The position numbers and the translations under genes were made by a program. Under the pieces are notes generated by a model. That model had not been told where the DNA came from, did not search any database, and saw only the letters and a program-made list of their open reading frames with translations. Below, in pieces: positions 60,101 to 64,000 of a DNA stretch of 64,000 bases. The stretch is from Eledone cirrhosa. Lineage: Eukaryota. Location: NCBI GenBank assembly GCA_964016885.1, contig OZ024743.1:368280001-368344000 (forward strand), read 5' to 3'. How positions within the stretch are numbered: the first letter of the stretch is position 1; each line of letters starts with the position of its first letter.

Positions 60101-60773
60101 GAATCTCACAGAGGAGATAAAGGAACACAATAAATGGAGGTAGCCTGGACTGAAAAGGACCTGTCCAACCCTTGCAAGCCTGGAAAAGCACATGTAAAAT
60201 GATGAATGATTATAGGTATTATAGGATGGTCTGAATTTTTGCAGCAGGCTGTGGACCTTAGTTGCATAGAAACACTTCCACAATCACCGTGATCCCAAAT
60301 ATGTGCCATTTCTTGGGCTGAGGCTGTAAACCAGAAAGCCATGGAGACACATGCACAAAAATTTGTAATTATTATTACTTGTGTGTTTGTACATATGCAT
60401 ATATATGTGCATGTTTGTGTGTATATATATATATATATATATAAAAAAAGAAAATTTTTTTTTTTTTTTAAAAAAGAGATGTCCCACAAGGGTGAAAGTA
60501 TGAGGAAAAGAAATTGAAAATGTAACTGGAGTCTTTTAAGAATATTTATTTATTTACTTAACCGGTTTCACAACTCTAATGATTTGCAAAAGTAAAATTG
60601 AGATGGCAGGTTTGTGTCTCTGTTGTGGATGCGAGACAAATCACAACAGAAACACAAACCCTCCATCTTAATTTTACTTTTGAAAATCATAAGAATTGTG
60701 AAACCGGTAAAGTAAATAAATAATATTCTTAAAAGACTCCAGTTGCATTTTCAATTTCTTTTCCTTATATACT

Positions 60774-60812
<39 letters not shown>

Positions 60813-61120
60813 AATAAACACTAGTGTTTCTATACATATTTCTGAAGGTGTGTTTCATTATGTACAGTATGTTTTTTTTTCACACACAAGCATACAAAGG
60901 ATTTAATTGGTATGTGTATTGTATATGTTTATGGAGTTGAAAGGGGTTGTTTTTGTTTGATCTATTGATTGTCATCAACAGATATGTTTATTGATTAATT
61001 TTGTTGATTTCTTCTTTGGCTAGGTTGATAATTATGAACCTGCTGAATTCCAAGCTTCTGTTGGAGAACAGGCTGACACTATCCTTAACAACCCTTACAT
61101 TATTTACATTGGCAAAAATG
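28978..61120 (+). CDS. Nrx-IV: Neurexin IV / contactin-associated protein (Caspr/CNTNAP) orthologue, internal part (8 exons; gene extends beyond both window ends)
   Basis: Eight AG/GT-bounded exons splice in frame (internal intron phases 1,1,1,1,1,1,0) into fibrinogen-like, LamG, EGF, LamG. This is the domain order and motif content of Neurexin IV/Caspr. Confidence 0.93.
31224..31394 (+). CDS. Nrx-IV: Nrx-IV/Caspr exon, start of LamG domain
   Basis: ttccag|AC...TTTA|gtaagt. Encodes LFDNVITFRKADA...SGDIWFQFKTTVRDGVMIHCVGPKDYIKVEIF. Confidence 0.93.
31401..32375 (-). mobile_element. Older degenerate RTE 3' fragment (related to family C)
   Basis: (ATC)3 tail begins right after the GTAAGT donor. 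Fragments encode RVRTGWREFRELLP...LHGSETW...RRLHWYGHVM. Confidence 0.88.
32446..33135 (+). mobile_element. R4/Dong-type non-LTR 3' fragment (CCHC plus restriction-like endonuclease)
   Basis: Encodes C..CDEKVETINHIISEC..LAQKEYKRRH, ILWD, RKPDIVV..IVDIA, EKVEKYQEL, IVVGALG. Flanked by (TAA)n runs. Confidence 0.82.
34556..35822. mobile_element. Degenerate non-autonomous Tc1/mariner (pogo/Tc2-like) element
   Basis: Imperfect TIRs TA-TTGTATATACTCAAATATAAGTT and AGCTTATATATGAGTATATATGG-TA with TA at both ends. Confidence 0.55.
35130..35700 (-). mobile_element. Degenerate non-LTR RT fragment (CRE-like), nested
   Basis: Minus-strand translation ...RSAPWY...DLDICI*RTAEEMCNVQFDDTG*QQAISLIKYGSLGLR resembles the QAxLP..GGLGLR motif. 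Confidence 0.45.
36719..36940 (+). CDS. Nrx-IV: Nrx-IV/Caspr exon, LamG core
   Basis: aattag|AT...ATTG|gtaagt. Encodes GNTVKFQFDAGDG...LNDDRWHTVHVERNRKQAWLKLD...LDLISPLIIG. Confidence 0.94.
37103..39235 (-). mobile_element. Degenerate Tx1/L1-clade LINE with internal deletions
   Basis: Encodes KLPGLDGLP and LLRKDPNNGDYIENFRALTLLNTKFKILSKVLVTRL...QTCAISDRSIHNNF. An (ATT)n run lies at the 3' end (37078-37102). Confidence 0.8.
39641..40362 (+). mobile_element. Non-autonomous piggyBac-like relic
   Basis: TTAA at both ends with imperfect TIRs CTCTTTGAATGCCA / TGGCACTCAAGGAT. Internal remnant QKKCLV..KNGRHCDMAYYCL*CKIHL...CF..CH resembles the piggyBac C-terminal Cys-rich domain. Confidence 0.65.
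40877..40999 (+). CDS. Nrx-IV: Nrx-IV/Caspr exon, end of LamG
   Basis: aactag|GA...GAAG|gtttgt. Encodes AAVGYHSGFVGCIRGLMVNGAIMDL...YGVSEG (GFVGCIR LamG motif). This frame is not listed in the supplied ORF track. Confidence 0.92.
43191..43486 (-). mobile_element. tRNA-derived CORE-type SINE with RTE-derived 3' end, 5'-truncated
   Basis: On minus: B-box-like GAGTTCAATTCT, CORE-like TCCTTGAGCAAGACACTTTATTTCA, RTE 3' UTR, (GAT)n tail. Duplication AGATATATATATATAT at 43173 and 43487. Confidence 0.8.
43924..44080. repeat. (CACT)n and (CT)n microsatellites
   Basis: Directly visible. Confidence 0.9.
44425..44601 (+). mobile_element. tRNA-derived SINE
   Basis: A-box TGGCAGTGTCGG, B-box GTTCAAATCC, central GCCTTTCATCCTTACGGGGTCGATAAA domain. 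15-bp TSD ATTATCTATAACATA (44410, 44602). Confidence 0.88.
45140..45185. repeat. (TG)n microsatellite upstream of the EGF exon acceptor
   Basis: Directly visible. Confidence 0.9.
45241..45360 (+). CDS. Nrx-IV: Nrx-IV/Caspr exon, EGF-like domain
   Basis: tcttag|GT...AGAG|gtaagt. Encodes CVGKCMSNPCFNGGTCYEGYSHYTCDCSYTPFRGWMCGR. Confidence 0.95.
45404..48291 (-). mobile_element. Internally deleted Helitron
   Basis: 3' end has hairpin CCCGAGCAACGCCGGG then CTAG|T. 5' A|TC at 48285 or 48291. ORF start MPPKKRSR at 47393, zinc motif CQFC..MCCLNGKV, Pif1 motifs (GGTG, VASSGIAATLL, IVWDECTM, GDFR..LPV, IMLIRNL..CNGTR). Rep domain absent. Confidence 0.92.
50630..50815 (+). CDS. Nrx-IV: Nrx-IV/Caspr exon, start of last LamG
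   Basis: ttacag|AG...CATG|gtaaat. Encodes VGANMLSNYMITYKF...TIGFSTAKKQGILMQ...EYITVEINNHG. Confidence 0.9.
52759..52946 (-). mobile_element. tRNA-derived SINE (same family as 44425-44601)
   Basis: Reverse-complement match. 16-bp TSD TGATGATGATAATAAT (52743, 52947). Confidence 0.88.
54880..55501 (+). mobile_element. Highly degenerate RTE 3' remnant
   Basis: Remnants of PSRK*PC, FRKXLPLL..GLSL and a (GAT)n tail at about 55491. Confidence 0.55.
55581..55720 (+). CDS. Nrx-IV: Nrx-IV/Caspr exon, LamG
   Basis: ttaaag|GT...GCAG|gtaagt. Encodes GIRISFDVGFGRDEL...YANNQQHVVSIKLSDRGRHIRLQ. Confidence 0.9.
55846..56470 (-). mobile_element. Mariner transposon remnant (3' half)
   Basis: Encodes QDNAPAH...FELVDQPPYYLDLAPSDYHLF (mariner YSPDLAPSD motif). 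TIR-like TATGAGGATCGGTTGAAAAGT at the left end. Confidence 0.82.
57870..60210 (+). mobile_element. Old degenerate near-full-length RTE (PHD-insert lineage)
   Basis: Remnants [76 protein letters not shown]. Many stops. GAT tail at about 60200. Confidence 0.85.
60499..60769. repeat. 270-bp fold-back palindrome (MITE-like or Penelope pLTR-derived)
   Basis: Arms of about 128 bp are reverse complements with scattered mismatches around a short loop. Confidence 0.9.
61024..61120 (+). CDS. Nrx-IV: Nrx-IV/Caspr exon, LamG
   Basis: ggctag|GTT...AATG|gtaagt. Encodes VDNYEPAEF...ADTILNNPYIIYIGKN. Its phase-0 start matches the previous exon. Confidence 0.9.
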
Positions 61121-61602
61121 GTAAGTTTTATTGTGTGTGATGGATGATTGTGGTTTTGTAGGATGCAATAGTGAAAGTAGATTGACCAGTGATGAATGCT
61201 CAACACCTCTTATGTTGAGAGCTACCCTTTGTAAAACCTGAAGGGGATTTCAAAGAAGGTGAGAGTGCATGGTAGCTTGATGGGTGGTGATATGGGTGAG
61301 GCAGGGTTGGGGTGAAGCTGTTGGTGGTAAGATGGATGATTTTATTAATGGGCCTGCGGATATCTTTCTCTATCTCTCTTTTTTTAATGATGATATAACA
61401 GGGAATATCAGTGTTCTCCTCCTTCTTATCAACACTGTCATCATTAGAAGTTTCATCACATTCTCATTAAAATCTATATTCTCACAACCATCATTTTCAC
61501 CATATAGATTCTTTTTAATATTAATGCTGGCTAGCACATACACACACGCACAAAAAAAAAACAAATAAAAAACCATGATGAGGATATATTAAAACATAAT
61601 AT

Positions 61603-61870
61603 TAGGATGCGACGGGCTGCACCTTTCTTTCCACCCCCAACCTTGTTCCTTTGGCCACAAACTCAGGATCTGCTGCCTGTAATGCAGAGGAGAGGAAGAT
61701 AGTTAAATACCAAGGTCTGATTGACTGCTTCCTCTTTGCACCGATCTCCATTGAGACCTCTACTATTCTTGGTCTCCACACTGCTGATGTCCTCCATAAT
61801 CGGAAAGACAGCAGCCCACTTCAGGAAGGAACTCCATGAGGTGGGGTGGCTGTTGCAGTGGTAATGCCTT
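61603..61870 (+). mobile_element. 3' fragment of an RLE-type non-LTR element (CRE-like)
   Basis: Encodes DAT....ATNSGSAACNAEERKIVKYQGL...FAPISIETS. Confidence 0.55.
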
Positions 61871-62236
61871 TTTGTTCCCTTTAATAGTGTGTTTTGATTT
61901 TTGTATAATCATCTTAGTTACCATTGTAAATATAATTGAGAATGTTTCTGTTATTTTTTTTTTTAGATATAAACTCGATCTGCATCCAAAATAAGTTGCC
62001 TAGATATATATAGAATGGATATAATCACAATACACATTAGAGCAAAGTTATATTTGTATTCTTATATTTTCCTTAACATAGATATTTGTATAACTTTAGT
62101 TCTCAGCTAGCTAATTATTAATATTAGTTTACATACATCTCACCTGCCACTACTGTTGATGTTCTCTCTGTCCATTTATTCTCTATAAACAGTTTGCACT
62201 GACTCTAACTTTGTGTCTATAGTATTAGAGTTTGGG

Positions 62237-62455
62237 ATTGGCAGAATTGTTAGTGTCACACAAATCCCGAGTGATATTTACTTTGAGTTTGAATCCCACC
62301 AAAGTCATCTTTGACTTTCATCTTTTCATGGTCGATAAAATAAGACAGCAGTCATGAACTGGGGTGGGGAAGTCAATATAATTGAATCATCTATCCTCCC
62401 CACCTCCATACACATACCAAATTTCTGGACTTGTGCCTAAAGTAGAAACCATTAC
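62237..62455 (+). mobile_element. Degenerate tRNA-derived SINE
   Basis: TGGCAGAATTGTTAG, GTTTGAATCCC, TTTCATCTTTTCATGGTCGATAAAATAAG, TTGTGCCTAAAGTAGAAAC. Confidence 0.7.
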
Positions 62456-62599
62456 TATTTGTAGCCTATTTGTTAAAGGAGCCAAGCACTTCTACTTCCA
62501 TACTCTGATAAATATGTATGGTTGTTTTTTTTAATAGTAGAATTGTTACAGCTCCTGGGGTTAAGCTAGAATCCGACTTCAGATCAACAAATATAGTGT

Positions 62600-64000
62600 T
62601 CTGGTAGACCATCCACCAACTTTATAAGAAGTCGTCCTCCACACCTGCTACCAGGAACACTCCTGGGGTTCTCTTCAGCGAAGTGCATCCTTGTGAGGTG
62701 GAAAGAATACTTTGCTGATCTCCTGAACCCGATCACAACAGCATCTGATGTACATGAGATGCATCTGGGAGAGGTGACTAATTTCTGAGGCTGAGATTAC
62801 AAGAGCAGTTAAAGAGCTTAAATGTGGCAAGGTCACTGGGGAAGATGAAACCCGGTCCAAGATGTTAACATCCTTAAATAGAAAAGATATTCTCTGGCTG
62901 TCTTATGTGTGCCTAGTGACCTGGCAATCAGGAGTGATAATCCAAATTTTCAAAATGGGAGACAGAGATAGTTCCAATTACAAACGGGTCTCCTAGTTAA
63001 GCTTCCATTGTAAAGTCTATGCTAAGTGTCTGGCAAAGAGATGCAGGGAGATTATTAAGTCCAAGCTAGCTGATGAAAAGCGCAGTTTTCATGCTGGATG
63101 CAGCACTGCAACAGGTCTTCGAGAAATCATGGGAGTATTGCCAAGAGGTATACTCTTGTTTGGTATATCCCAAAAGGCATATGACCATGTTAGATGGGAC
63201 CTGCTGTGGAATGTTCTACAGGAATATGGGATTGATGGTCAGCTTCTTGCTGCCCTGATGTCTTTATACGAATGCCCAAGTATTTGTGTTTGGATATTTT
63301 CATGATCAGGATTGACATGCACAGCCAGGTTGGAAGTGGTATTACGACTGGAGGGTGTAAAATCAGGAGACTGGAAATTGCAGATGACATGGTGTTACTT
63401 AACTTGACAGAAGGTGATTCTGACTTGCACTCAATAGGTTTGATGCTGAGTGCTGTATGGCTGGAATGAAAATCAGTGCTGCCTAAACTGAGACATTCAT
63501 CCTCTCAAGGAAGCCTGTACAGTGCACTCTACATGTGAATGGACTTCCACTGAAGCAGGTGGAGAAGTTCAAGTATCTCAGGGCAATGTTCATGAGTGAT
63601 AGAAGGCAGGAGGTTGAATTAAGTGCAAGAATTGCAGGAGCTGGTGCAGTAATGCTTTAGCATTCAGAAGAAGGGAGGTAGGCATTAATGCCAAACTTGC
63701 TATCTTCAATTTGGTATTTGTGCCAACCCTTAGCAATGGTCATGAATCTTGGACAATGAATACAATCATGAATACAAGTGGCCGAAAGGGGGTTCCTCTG
63801 AAGGGTCTTTGGAATAACATTACTTGATAGAGTGTGTAGCTTGGAGATCAGAGAGTCGCTCTGAATTGGGAGATCACAGCTCCGCTACTATGGGCATGTT
63901 GTTAGAATGTCTCAGGAAAGAATCGCTGGACAGATTTCACAAGCAAAACCAACTGACCCAGGGGTAGACCCTGAGCAAGATGGATGGATAACATCCATAA
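62600..64000 (+). mobile_element. Degenerate RTE of a different lineage, without the PHD insert
   Basis: Encodes EAEITRAVKELKCGKVTGED, IADDMVLL, GMKIS..TETFILSRKPVQCTLHVNGLPLKQVEKFKYL, QLRYYGHVVRM. Runs off the window. Confidence 0.8.

Overview
AT-rich animal genomic DNA, most likely a cephalopod (inferred from the SINE families, RTE dominance and TA arrays). The window covers the middle of a + strand Neurexin IV / contactin-associated protein (Caspr) gene, with 8 phase-consistent coding exons at 28978-61120 (fibrinogen-like, LamG, EGF, LamG). The first 29 kb appears to be one intron. From about 4.6 to 28 kb it holds a nest of about 11 mostly young retroelement insertions: five minus-strand RTE LINEs with (GAT)n tails, an RTE-like C2H2 3' fragment, a CR1-type LINE and four Penelope-like pieces. 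Each is separated from the next by a strand-polarised (TA)n-TG array of up to 1.5 kb. Main points of interest: (1) the TA-flanked RTE families carry a C4HC3 PHD-type zinc finger inside the reverse-transcriptase domain; (2) three distinct hammerhead ribozyme motifs occur in the Penelope-like repeats, one with a compensated U3-A8 core present twice in a 1-kb inverted repeat; (3) Penelope-like insertions show a recurring architecture of a tail end plus an inverted tail-less pLTR. Later introns hold a Helitron, mariner/pogo and piggyBac relics, Dong/R4-, Tx1-, CRE- and RTE-type remnants, and tRNA-derived SINEs. The long Tyr/Ile ORFs in the supplied track are microsatellite artefacts.
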